Below the pieces are notes generated by a model, which saw only the letters and a list, made by a program, of their open reading frames with translations, ran no database searches and had not been told where the DNA came from. The position numbers were made by a program, and so were the translations under genes. DNA of 64,000 nt, filler included, from Guillardia theta CCMP2712 (lineage: Eukaryota > Protista > Cryptophyta): assembly GCF_000315625.1 (NCBI RefSeq). It is 5 parts of 5 records of this genome, joined end to end, with 100 filler letters (N's around TTAATTAATTAA, not from the genome) between each part and the next. Parts side by side here need not be neighbours in the genome. Positions count along the whole stretch, not along the records: positions 1 to 15,683 come from NW_005434614.1; 4 more parts are not named here. One strand, written 5' to 3'. This document shows positions 1-11,878 of the stretch, piece by piece (the stretch's first letter is position 1; each line of letters begins with the position of its first letter).

Positions 1-20
1 CGCGGCTTCGCGCTTGGGCT

Positions 21-3000
21 GGCGTTGCCCGGGGGTCCGCCTGGGGCAGCGGACGGAGGGAGGCTGGACACAGGAACACGGTACCGCTCGAGGTAGTCCT
101 CCTCGCTAGCCTCCGAGTCAGCGGTAGCCGAGTCAGCGGTAGCCGCCCGTGACGGCGGCGACGCCGCAGCAATGCCCAAGGACCGGCGTGACCCGACCGA
201 TGCCGGGGAGGAAGCAGGCGAGCTCGGACCAGCAGCAAGCACCCCAGTGGTGTCGAGCTCTCCGGAGGCACCCGACGTCACAGTGAGGGACGGAGACGCC
301 TCGCCAGCTCCGCGCCGATCGTCGGCGCCACTCGACGTGTTTCCCCCATCGGAGTCGGAGACCTCCGGCGAAGACTCCCCCTCGGGCGACTCGACAAAGT
401 CCGAGGAGGAGCTGTCCTCTGGCTCGAGAAGTGCTTGCGCCCGCAAGGGCGTCATGCGCCTCGCACCAGACAAGAGCGCCTCCAGCGTCAGCTGCATAGT
501 GAGGCGCTGATAGGTGGCGGCGCGTTTGCGAGCCAAGACCTCAGCAGCAGGGCCGTCATCAGGCACGAAGTGCCGACCAAACGCCGCATCCTCAAGAGGC
601 ATCGAGCGCTGAGCAATGATGTCCGCGAGATACCATACCAGATGAAGCGGAGCCTCCGCTTTAGGGTTTAGGGTTTAGGGTTCCGGGTGTCAGGATGCAG
701 GGTACCGTCCGTCGAGATGGCAAGAGGGATGAACGCTCGAGGAGGAGTAGTCATAGCATATGCAGCGCGATGTTTGCGAATCTTCTCAGACGCTGCAACA
801 TGGAGGGCGTCGAGGTTGACCTCCCCCCACTTGGTCAGGTCGGCAGAGCTACCAATGTAAGGGTGGACCAACGTCACGTCCGCCATCAAGCCCTCGTACT
901 GCTCGGACCCTCGATCGCGGATTCCAGGGATGTGGATATCGCCCTTCATCTTGCGGCCATGAGGATGGGAGGGTACCTGCCGTCGAGAACGAGGATCCCC
1001 CACTGTATCGATGACGCTCTGAAGACCAGCTTCGTTCAGCATCGACCGAATCGTACGAGTAAGGTTGTCATGCGCCGTGGGAAGCTTGGAGGATCGGCGT
1101 TTGCAGGTCTGGAGATGATGTGCAGCAACGGAGGGATCGAGCTCGCGCTGACATCCATCACATTTCGTCGGACACTGGCAGATCGGCATGCCATGGAGAT
1201 AGCAGTCGAGCATCTGAGCATAGCGGTGCGGGAAGGCCTTGAGGGGTGAGCGAAGATGGTAGACTGCAAGACCCTATCCTGCGACTTGAGCGAGTGTGTC
1301 CTGCGGCTGTGCAAGGTGAGGATATCACGCTGCTGATCGGTCAGCGCAGCGCGAGCATGCACATGGCGAGGGAAGACGCGCATGACAAGAGGGGTCACAT
1401 TTCGCTGCGCAGGGGGAGGAATGAAGCGCGCAAACCAGGGATGTGTACCACAGATGCCGGGGGGCGTCCTGCGTCATCAGGCACAGCAGCCGGGGCAGGT
1501 GGGATCGCCGCGCCATCTGCAGCCGGTGCAGGAGCCTTCACACGACGGTAGAGGATCGCTCCAGCATTATGAACGAAGTCGTGCGCCTCAACGAAGAAGG
1601 TCGCCAGAGGATGCTTCTGGGCACGGAGAGATCTCGAGCAGTGAACGTCCAGGCTATGAGGAGAGGGCAAGGTCCGGGACATCGGCTGGTCAGAGTACCA
1701 AGCGAGGAAGCGAGCGATAGCCGTATAGTAAACAGCGGGGTGTAGACCCTCAGAGGGCATGAACTCGTCCCCTCCCCGACTATGCGGAAGCTCCCGCTTG
1801 AACCTCGCAAACTCTAGCAGGTCGGGATGCGCGGCGAGGTACTGCGAGGAAGGCCAGCGGTGGTATTTCTCAAGCGCCAGGTGGACAGAGAGGTCAAAGC
1901 GACGAATCTGTGATTGGACCCGCGGGAGAAACGGAGAAGACCCCTGGAGGAAGAAGCGCAGCTTCTGGAGATGGCTCGCCCTCACCAGCGTCTTGAACAT
2001 GAAGCCATGCTGGACGAGCCCGAGCTTCGAGAGCTCTTCGTTGAGGGTAGAAACCTTCGCTCGGAGCTGACTAGCATGAAATCCATCCGTGCCGATAGGC
2101 AGGCCGCCAAGTGTAATCCCGCCAGTGACGACCTCGAAGTGAAGAAGTTGAGTCTTGAGACGGCGCTTAAGGCTCTTCTTCAGCTGCGAGAGATCAGGGT
2201 GTTGATGCCAGGAGGGGATGTAAACTTTCGACTCGCGAGGTTGAATCTCTAGCTTCAGATCAGCCACTGAACATGTACTTCTTCATAGCGGACGTAGCTG
2301 CAACGGCATCCTCGAGTGGACCGACAAGCACGACGTTGTCAGCATAGGCCAAGACTCGAACAGAGGGAAAAAGCTCTGCGATATGGAGGAGCAGGGGGTG
2401 GATACTGTGGCAGAAAAATACGCTGGAGGGGACATCGCCCTGACAGACGCCCGAGGTACACTGAACGGAGGCTGACTGACTTTTGTGAAAGAGTCGAAGG
2501 TCAGCAGAGTCTCCATAGTAGCTGGAGAGGTAGGAGGCGAACAAACGGAGATGCTCGCAAGAGGGCAAGCTTAGTAGTCGCGACTCGCACGTCCCTCGAT
2601 TGCGTCGAAGAGAGCCTGGCGGTCGAGGGAGTTGAAGGCGTTCTTTGCATCCAAACTCACCAGCACTGTGGGGTTGGCAACATCCTCATCATCACCGCGA
2701 GCGTGAAGGGGCAGGAGCGCTGACGCGGTTTGCGAGAACTTCAGACAGCCGTCTCGATCGAGTCCGAACTGAATCGCTCGAGGGTGAGACGAGAGGAAGT
2801 GCTGGTCAAGAAATGAGCGAATCGCTGCCAAAGCAAGCTTCGTCGCGAGACCAGGTTTATCAGCTCCCTTGGAGAGGGGAATAAATCTGCCTCCTCGACG
2901 AATGGCTGACAGGGCAGGAATAAGAAGATCCGGCATTTGGCCAAGAAGGACCCCTTGGAGGATATGTTTGCAGTAGAGCTTCAAAGCTGCAGGATGACTA

Positions 3001-3343
3001 GAAAGGGGTGACAGGTGTTGCCGAATCCTCCACCCTTGGTCATCGGTCCCCGCAAAGGAGCTGTAGCGCTTGATCGCCTGGATCAGGCTAGTGGTGTCGA
3101 GGATGTCAGTCAAATCCACCTGCAGTACTGCAAGCGCTTGCTGGGTGAGATGATCCGCGGAAGCACTTCCAACCAAAGGCAGGCGACGCACCATCAGGGA
3201 ACTTCTCTTGTGCTTCAGCAACAAGATCAGCGAAAGATTCAGCCCTGTAGATGCCGGAGCTCAGTAGTGTCCGTACCGCCCGATGAAGGTCACCCGCAGT
3301 GAACTGATGAATCGCCAACTGTCTTTGGCGCTCGCTCGCAGAG
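21..3343 (-). mobile_element. Decayed non-LTR retrotransposon, CRE clade (RT + CCHC + restriction-like endonuclease), 5'-truncated pseudogene
   Basis: Collinear minus-strand ORF pieces: pre-RT helix GDLHRAVRTLLS (3106-3366); VSLDAKNAFNSLDR (2571-3224); TSGVCQGDVPSSVFF and LAYADN (2260-2568); GITLGGLPIG (1395-2267); CDGC..HHLQTC..AHD..GD..ADVT..FIPLAISTDG (668-1213). The C-terminus continues below 652 as LRFIWYLAD..YQRLTMQLTLEALLSGARRM. There are at least 5 frameshifts or indels, and the catalytic YADD reads YADN. Confidence 0.9.
660..682 (+). repeat. Interstitial telomeric repeat (TTTAGGG)3TT
   Basis: tttagggtttagggtttagggtt read directly, inside the RLE coding region. Confidence 0.9.
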
Positions 3344-5110
3344 TTGGCTCGCAAACGCGCCGCCACCTATCAGCGCCTCACCTATCAGCGCCTCACTATG
3401 CAGCTGACGCTGGAGACGCTGACTCGGAGGCTAGCGAGGAGGACTACCTCGAGCGGTACCGTGTTCCTGTGTCCAGCCTCCCTCCGTCCGCTGCCCCAGG
3501 CGGACCCCCGGGCAACGCCGCCGGGCTCCTTGTCGGCGGCTGCCCTTTCTCCGTCCGCGGCCGCCCGCTTTGTGGCGGCAGCGGACGTCTCGACTGACAG
3601 TGGTCAGTCGGCTGCCTCCGGGTATCGCGTGTAAGGGATTTTATTCCTCCTGCATGCTCCTGCTGCTTGTTGCTTGATTGCCTGACCCTTAGGCTGCTTG
3701 TTTGCGCGGCTTCGCGCTTGGGCTGGCGGTGCCGCGTCTGGGTGCCAGCAGTGCTGGTTCTTTTCGGGCTTGTGTTTTGTGTGTGTTTGTGCAGCTTCTC
3801 GCTGTGTGCTGTGTGCCAGGAGGTTTAGCTTGTTCCTGCTTTGTTCTGCTTGAGGCACTTTTTACCTTCTGCCAGTAAATCCATTGTTGCCATGAAGATG
3901 GATACGGATTTACTGGCAGAAACAAAGCAGGAACAAGTTGAGGCACTTTTTACCTTCTGCCAGTAAATCCACTATTCCAGCTGAACCTCCAGGCACGAAG
4001 ATAGCAGTCCAGCATCTGAGCATAGCGATGCGAGAAAGCCGTGAGGGGATTGTAGCTCGAGACTCGCATCGGAGAGTGGCTCAGGTCACGCTCAGGAAAA
4101 TGAGCGAAGATGGTAGACAGCAAGACCCTGCTTGTCTGCGCGGCTTCGCGCGTGGGCTGGCGGTGCCGGGTCTGCTGACAGTAGGACGAAGATTTACTGT
4201 GTAGTTTACTGGCAGGGGTAAAAGTGCCTCAAGCAAAACAAAGCAGGAACAAGCTGAACCTCCTGGCACACAGCGCAGAGCGAGAAGCTGCACAAACACA
4301 CACAAAACACAAGCCCAAAAAGAACCAGCACTGCTGGCAACCAGACGCGGCATCGCCAGCCCAAGCGCGAAGCCGCGCAGACAAGCAGCCTAAGGGTCAA
4401 GCAATCAAGCAACAAGCAGCAGGAGCATGCGCGCCTCGCTGTGCGCTGTGTGCATGCAGGTTTAGCTTGTTCCTGCTTTGTTCTGCTTGAGGCACTTTTT
4501 CCCTTCTGCGAGTAAAACTTCTATATTTGGAGCAGCGCCGGCTCCTTGTCGGTGGCTGCCCTTTCTTCGTCCGCGGCCTCTGTGCGGCCGACAGTGGTCA
4601 GTCGGCTGCCCGGCCCGGAGTCAGGGTATCGCCGTCGTGTACTATGATGAGGGCGTTCACGTCCCCTGCGACTCGTAAACATTCACCCCTGCTGTGGTGG
4701 CTTCCCGCGTGGGCTGGCAGTGTAGGGTCTGGTTGCCAGCAGTGCCAGGCTGGTTACTTTTGTTATGTTTCGTGTGTTTGCGCCGCGTTTGTTGCATATA
4801 GAGTTGTACTCGCCTTGTTGCGTCAGCAGACCCGGCACCGCCAGCCTACGCGCGAAGCCGCGCAGACATCGCTAGGAGGGGTAACAAGCAGCAGGAGGGG
4901 ACGTCCAAAATGAAACTCCCTTAGACGCGATACCCGGAGGCAGCCGACTGACCACTGACAGTCGAGACGTCCGCTGCCGCCGCAAAGCTGGCGGCCGCGG
5001 ACGGAGAAAGAGCAGCCGCCGACAAGGAGCCGGCGCTGCCTGGGGGTCCGCCTGGGGCAGCGGACAGAGGGAGGCTGGGCACAGGCCCAGGAACCGGAGC
5101 TGGGCTGGGG
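3344..5110. mobile_element. Patchwork of 3'-region/3'-UTR fragments of the same retroelement family in alternating orientations
   Basis: 3344-3415 is an inverted copy of ~480-536, and 3418-3518 an inverted copy of 21-123. ~4205-4430 is an inverted copy of ~3652-3878, and ~4925-5085 an inverted copy of ~3470-3630. 3998-4128 is a paralogue of 1197-1275. The motif ttgaggcactttttacc..tgccagtaaa recurs at ~3850, ~3939, ~4205 (inverted) and ~4487. Confidence 0.85.
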
Positions 5111-6084
5111 GTATGGTTTGGCCAAGGATACGACGAAGAGACTGCACCTGCGAGGGTTCAACGGATACTTGACTCGTCTCACACGAGATTACTCGGACCC
5201 CACACCCGCCGTCTGGCGAACAGGGAATCGGCAGCTGGTGCCCTCCCACAAGGAACTGTCCCCCTGGATACGGCAGCAGGAGGATGGGACGAGACCATCC
5301 TTCACTGGAGCCACAGGGTTGAACGGCCGACGGAGCAGAGGAATGGGCCCATCCTCACCCGCACTGTATGGTGGCAGGCAGAATATACGACACTCAAAGC
5401 ACCAGAGGACCATTGAAGATCATCGAGCGAAGTGCCAGCACCGTACCAGAGGGACAATTCAATCATCCGCGCTAACAATGCCCACGGCGAAACGAGATAT
5501 GGGTATGGCACAGCTGCATTCGATTACAGAAGTTGTTCATGTCATACAAGCAGCGAAGGCATGGAGCGACAGCCAGGCGACCCGATGATTACAGGAGCAT
5601 GGACCAGCCACCTGGGCAGGAAGGTTCTTGGCAGCCACAGGAATAGTGGATTTACTGGCAGAGGGTAAAAAGTGCCTCAAGGGTAAAGGAAGGCAAGCGA
5701 TCATGAGGACAGCAAGGCAGGCGATGCCCCTACCAACGACACGCTACGTCAATGGGGAAGACACGATGGTCCCACATCCGACTCACCTGCGCGGCCATGC
5801 ATAGGGCCATTCACATGGCTCACAACAAGGTCATGCGCGTCCTGCAGGATGGCCTGGTCAGGGCATGGAAGAAGCACGGGCTAGTCTTGGGAGACTCCCA
5901 TGAACAGCATCCCCGGACCAACGAGATGGGGGAGACGACCCGCGTCTGTGTAATGGAACTGCTGCGCTCGCCCAACAGCTGCGCATCCAGATGCACCACG
6001 CGCAAATTGCGCAGCTGTTGGGCGAGCGCAGTCCAACTCAAAGAAGCAACGGCAGGAAATGCTTCTTTGAGTTGGACTGTGTGA
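5110..6084 (+). mobile_element. Relic of a second RLE-type non-LTR retrotransposon (post-RT zinc knuckle/RLE lead-in)
   Basis: Frameshifted pieces PTNDTLRQWG (~5728-5757) and WSHIRLTC..IHMAHNKVMRVL (5752-5850) match the PTxxxLxxWG..HxxxxC..(R/A)HN pattern that precedes RLE domains. No RT core is visible. Confidence 0.5.
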
Positions 6085-6446
6085 AGGGTTATCGAATCGG
6101 TTGATTTTTTGTACTGTCTACAGCACCATTCACAGTGCGATCGCTAACTTGAAAAGTTAGCTCTTGTTGTTGGGCTAGTTGGATCACTTAAAGAGCATTT
6201 CAAGTTCGGGTGTTTATGTACACCCCACGTCTATGTCTAAGCATCTACAATACAAACGCTTGTGAAACCTCCATGGATAAACAAGCAGGTAGGATGCCGT
6301 TATCTTCTCTTGCCTGCTAGCTTCACCTCTCACAACAAGCTTGAGCAGGCCCATGCCTCCAACCAGATGGTATCTGCAGGGTCCTCAGCAACAAGATGTT
6401 CCGCATAAGGAATACCTGTAGGGCCTGACATGTTGGGCTAGTTGGA

Positions 6447-8695
6447 TCACATAGATAGCATCTTTTGTCCCTTCCTTTTGAAGTCATCTGCTGCGGAGGG
6501 ATGAACCCACTCCACGGTACCATCTCTGGCATTGACAAGTCGAAGCCCAGTCTTGTTGACCCAATTCCTGCCATGCCGTCAGCATCCCGCACTGGCAAGG
6601 GGGAAGACAGGTGTTACTTGTCAATGTTTTCCATCAGCTCGACAACAGCTTTGTTACTTCGTCTCAAATCATCACGAAGCGCATCCAACTTTTCTTGCTG
6701 CCTCTCTCTTGCGTTGAGCGACTCCTCTATGGGACTCAGATTGATCTGCTCCTGTACAGCCATTTCCATGACGAAACCACTGAGAGCCTTGACCGCTTCT
6801 AGTTCGCGATTTTCACGGGGAACCTGATCTCCCAGGGCTGGACATGGCAGCCCCATGCACCAGGCGCTTGCGAGTGCGATCTGGAGGACACACAGCGCGG
6901 CTTTGAGGTAGGGCAGGGCTCGCTTGAACCAGCTCTTCATGTCCTGAGTCTCAAACCTCTCTGCACAGACCTGAAGACTGACGGGACATATGAATCGGAT
7001 GTAAACCTTGTCGTAGATCCAGTGCTTCGGATTCAACCTGCTCATCAGGCTCTTCTTGCGCTCGGCTGGATAGATCCAAATGAGATGGGGAGCCAACTTG
7101 CCGTCAGCCTCTGCCAAGCACAGTCGATTCAATAGGAATACTGCTGATCGGCTGGCAGTGACTGCATCTTCTAGTTTGTCTTTAAGATCCATGATCTCAG
7201 TCTCAACATTGTTGAGCTGTTTCTGCATGTCCCCCATCTGCTTGAGCACCTTCAACAGCATCTCCTCCTGATCTTTGCCTTGTTTTGATTGGCATGTCTG
7301 CAAAGTGGCTTTAAATGTCTCGCTGACACCTTGTAGACAGTATGAGCAGTTGCCTGAGACCAGCGTCGAAAAATCCTCGATAACATGACAGATTTTGTCT
7401 AGTTGAATCCGAATTTCTTCAGAATTACCAGCTGCTGTGGCGTCGACCCTAGGAAGCTGGCTCAGAGCCCGAGTGAGCTTCTTCAACTCCTTTTCGACCC
7501 CCTCATTGTTTGCTGCCTGCGAGATAATTCCGTCAAGCCCCTCGCGGATCAAGGGTTTAAGTTCAGAGATCTCCAGCTTGATAGAGCTCAAAGTCTCGGT
7601 CACCTGATCGACCTTTCTGTGAAGACCAGTTGTTGTTTCACTGTCTGTGAATAGAGCTCGCTCCCTCATGCACTGCAGCACAGAGCTTCGTTGTGCAGGA
7701 TCTGACCTGAGGACACCTCCAACGCCATCCCGCCCAAAGAGAAAATGCTTCAATTTCGTGTCACTCGATGAGTCGGTCAAAACTTCTCTTGCTTTGCCTT
7801 CAAGGATGCTTTGACTCCCACGCTCTTTCCAGAATCCCACGATCTGATCGGGTTCATTCAGACCAATGAGCGAGTAAAGGTTTTGTCCTGTGAAAACTTC
7901 GAACACTGTCATGCCCAACGACCAAGCGTCCATCAAAAAGGCTGCGGGAGCTCTGACGCGATTCGTCAGCTCTGGCGCACAGTAGTTGACAGTCTGACGA
8001 GTAACTTCTGTCCCTACCCTTCCCGCTCCATCAAAATCTGCTGCCTTTATTTGCAGATCCTTAAAGACAACAAAGTTTGCAGGCTTGACATCCAGCCAGA
8101 CCAGATTCTGTTGATGTATGTAAGAAACAATCCTCCCGAGCTGTTGAGCGACTCCCTGCTTGTGAAATTGCCTCACTTCTGATTCTGACTCAGCGATCCA
8201 GTCCGCAAGCGATCGTTTCGCTCGCTCCGTGACAATTGCAAGAAAAGAAGGGCTTTGTCCATCCAGACTAAATTTTGCAACATGTATACATTCTACGATA
8301 TATTTGTTGCAATCAAGCTTTCTGTAGATATCTAGCTCATGTTGAAGTAATCTTTCCGAATTTGAATCCTTTGCGGCCTTGAGGACACCCTTCTTGTCCT
8401 TGATTCCAGCCCTCACAGAACAATGAAATACATAGTAATGGCCGGACGTCGACATGTTTGTGAGACTTTGGATTGTGATGGATACAGGATCCGCATCCTT
8501 TTGCTCTACACCCTTGTGCAGCACACACCCTTTCCCCCCTTGCTTCTTCTGCTCCTCCTCTTGCTGCACCAGCTTTCGCCTCTCCTCTTCCTTTTGCTTT
8601 GTTTCATGCTCATCCTGCTTCATCTGCACTGTTTGGTCCTGATTTACCTTTCGGTCCTTCCTGCCGGTCTGGCTCTTGCAAAACGCGCAGCCGTA
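6447..8695 (-). CDS. Ser/Thr protein kinase + coiled coil + ROCO/TORNADO1-associated C-terminal domain (5' exons uncertain, possibly up to ~8900)
   Basis: Kinase motifs LKAA, WLDVKPANF, DFD, YCAPE, DAWSLG in ORF 6614-8629. A GT-AG intron at 6568-6617 bypasses the apparent stop and adds NWVNKTGLRLVNARDGTVEWVHP..LSM* (TGA 6447-6449). Confidence 0.85.
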
Positions 8696-10666
8696 CTACA
8701 AACAGGATCCATCAGGCTCTGACATATCAAATCTGCTGTATAATTATGCACCTCGTCGTAACCTGTCCATCCCCTTGACTTCGCGCACTGACAACTAAAG
8801 TCAATACCCTCCCTCAAACACATCAATTATGTGAAGTTTGCATTGAAATTACTCAACTTACATTCTGTCACCATTGTCGGTCCATCCATCATATATCAAG
8901 CAATGTGTCAGAAGAGCAGTCGGGCAGCGAAAGGGAAAACTTACACAGCACTGACGAGAACACGGGAAAAGAAAGCATGAAAAAAGAAAAAATTGACAAT
9001 CAAAACAAAACGATAATTGCCAGCAAAAAGATCGACGCAAACGTGAATCGCATGAGTGAAAAAGAAAGAAGTTATGGAAAGAGAAGAGAAAAAAAGAAGA
9101 TATCAGTCACTTCGAAACCCCACAAGAATCACTGCATAGGCTACTTACATACTGTCCAACCATCACCCAACCGTCATGATTGAAAAACAAAATTGTCAGA
9201 GATCTCTCTAACCGCATTGGAGCATATCAAAACTTACGAACTATCCAGCATAATCGAAAAATCATCGGAGAATATCCAACACAAGAGAACAAATCCATGT
9301 CAGTCCACTGAATTTCTGCATCTGTTTATGGATGCTTACAAACTGAATAGCCCCGTCCAAGATGAATCCAACCAAAAATCAATCCAAAGAAAAGAAAATG
9401 TCAGACCGATTGATGCCTTGAACACTTGCTTCTCGAGGTCACTTACATACTGCCGCGAGGTCCGTCCGATTGGGAAGAGTCAGAAAACCCAGAAAAGAAA
9501 TTTCAGTCGAAGATGTTCTGATTGAATCTCTGCACTGAGGACTTACAGGCTGTTTAAAAGTATTCCATAGATTAGGAGCAAAGTGTGATGACGAATGGCA
9601 AAATCAACATCAGTGCCTCGGCATTCGGGTTGGTAAAGACATACATGACAAAACTTGCGATCAGTGTAATGGTCAGTTGCAAGCTTTGGACAGTTTCGAC
9701 ATTTTCCGCAAGCACCATCGACGAATGTGGCCTGTCAAGCTTCAGTATCTGATCGATCGCTGTCACATCATGCGATCCAATACTCACATGCTGTCCCGCC
9801 CGTACAATTCCATCCGAAACAAAACCAATGAAACCACAAGAACTTGTCAGCAAACTTATACATCTTCACCATCTGATCCTATACTTACAATCTAAAAGGT
9901 CCACCGCAACACATTCGAGCAGACCGAGGAAGCAGAACCAAAAATGTCAGCCGCGTCGACCTTAGCGTTTGCCTCAGATCCAACTCACCACCTATCCAGT
10001 CCCGTTGCCAGTTCATACAAGCAACAAAAAACGCATAAAAACAACTTCTCAGATGTCATAGCGCCAAGGCAGACCAACACAGAAGCTCACCGCCTGGGGG
10101 GATTCCGATAAAAGCCAAAAGAGTTCAGAAGCTCGAAGCCTCACAGTCAAGCTAACTTACACATTTCGAGCGCTGGGTGGTGCCTGGATCAATCATGACC
10201 TAGAATTCAGTCAAAACAAATGAGCTACGAGAGACATTGATTCATGTCGACAAGCAAGAGATGATCAACTCATGGACTTCTCTCTTGCCTGACAAGCTTT
10301 GCATGTTCTGGACATCGTTTGCCGCTAAGCGGGATTTTTACTCAATTTTTCAGGAAAAAAATGTGTCCGACAAGCAGGGTGTCCTACAAAGTTTGCGCAA
10401 TGAATTCAGAAGAGGAAGAAACACAGTGCTGTAAGCGATTCTGAGTAGATGAGAGCATTCTTTTCCTCTGTACATCATAGCTAGCCATATGACAATGGAT
10501 GTATGATGTACACAATGATCTTGAAGTACAATCTCACGATTCAAATCTCATCAACTTGTGATATTGAATCGCAAGGATAGAGACAACTACTTCGCAAGGA
10601 TAGAGACAGCCTCAAACTCCTTTAGTCTACCATCATCTTCGTTCATTCCTGCACGTCCATTGCCAT

Positions 10667-11060
10667 TCACTTTTTCTGTACCGCTTCGTGTTGACTTCTC
10701 AAATGCACAAGCCATGTAATGAAAGCTGTGGATGTAAATCTACACTTTGGATCGGTTGATTCCTTATTTTCAAAGTCGATGGGTTTGATTTCACGACGCG
10801 TCAGGATATCATGCAGCAGATCTTTATCGGGAACGTAGTGCAAGTTCATGATATTCTGTCTTTCCATGAGCTCTCTGAACTCCTTGGTTAGAACTTCTTT
10901 TCTGTTGACATAGAGCCATCGCAAACGACGTATCATGGAGCTGGTATACATCTTCATGCTCTTCTTGGATATCGTTTTCTTGCGGATAGCTTCCACTGAT
11001 GCTTCGAGCGCTGCTTCGTCCTGTACGCTTAAGTTGTCCCACAAAGCAGACTCAGCTTCT
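10667..11060 (-). pseudogene. Possible Crypton (tyrosine-recombinase transposon) N-terminal fragment
   Basis: TISKKSMKMYTSSMIRRLRWL..PIDF..FTSTAFITWLVHL resembles, from recall, the N-terminal part of stramenopile Crypton proteins. No catalytic domain follows. Confidence 0.4.
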
Positions 11061-11099
11061 GTAGAAGAATGTTTTCTCTTTGGTCGGCGCGCAGTGGCA

Positions 11100-11560
11100 C
11101 CCAATCGACCGGGTCGATGTTTGCTGCTACGAGACAGTTCAATGTGTAGCAGAGACGAAGCCAGGCATGCACGGTCAAGTCGGTGTCGGCCGACTTACCT
11201 GAGAAGACCTTCAATGATGGAAGCTTGACCGGTCCCGTAACGGCGAAGTATGGCCGAATAGGAGGCAGGGATGATGCCGCCACGACAGCGTTACGGTAGT
11301 ACCTTGGGCTGCTGCTGCGAGGGCATCGAAGGGGGAGGCGTCGACGACTGCGGCGGTTGCGCCGCGATGGCCGTGGCACCGGGGTCGGCAACGTGGCTGC
11401 TCGTGCCTGTGCGAGCTTGAGGGCTCGCAGTTCCTCACGGGGTTGACGAGAATCCTCGCAATGCATACGAAATTCTTCACGTTGGAGCAAGAGAATCTCT
11501 TGCTGCTGCCTATGAAGCATGTCCATGAGGTCTTGGAGGCAAGGCTGTCCGGCTATAGAG
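11100..11560 (-). pseudogene. LTR-retrotransposon gag-like N-terminal fragment
   Basis: Coiled coil, Pro/Ala linker, then VKLPSLKVFSGK..TVHAWL..NIDPVDWV, the typical gag capsid start (PxxFxG..VxxWL). Frameshifted and truncated. Confidence 0.45.
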
Positions 11561-11654
11561 AATGCGCCGGTAGGCCTGATTGGAGCAGCCTGAGTGCGAG
11601 TAGTCTCGAGGGCTTCCGATGCGATCAGAAGTGTCTCTCTAGCGTTGATGGAGG

Positions 11655-11878
11655 GCTGCTATAGGCCTGAATTGATGGCTGCTATAGGCCTGAATTGATG
11701 GCTGCTATAGGCCTGAATTGATGGCTGCTACAGGCCTGAATTGATGGCTGCTATAGGCCTGAATTGATGGCTGCTATAGGCCTGAATTGATGGCTGCTAT
11801 AGGCCTGAATTGATGGCTGCTATAGGCCTGAATTGATGGCTGCTATAGGCCTGAATTGATGGCTGCTATAGGCCTGAA
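11655..11878. repeat. 23-bp minisatellite (TGATGGCTGCTATAGGCCTGAAT) x~10
   Basis: Near-perfect tandem copies read directly; lies just 5' of the gag-like fragment. Confidence 0.95.

Noticed and set aside
172-510. + strand ORFs over the retroelement
   Set aside because: Antisense to the element's C-terminal coding region, with no independent motifs.
660-682. True chromosome end or telomeric target site of the element
   Set aside because: Only 3 repeats, and the element's coding sequence continues collinearly on both sides.
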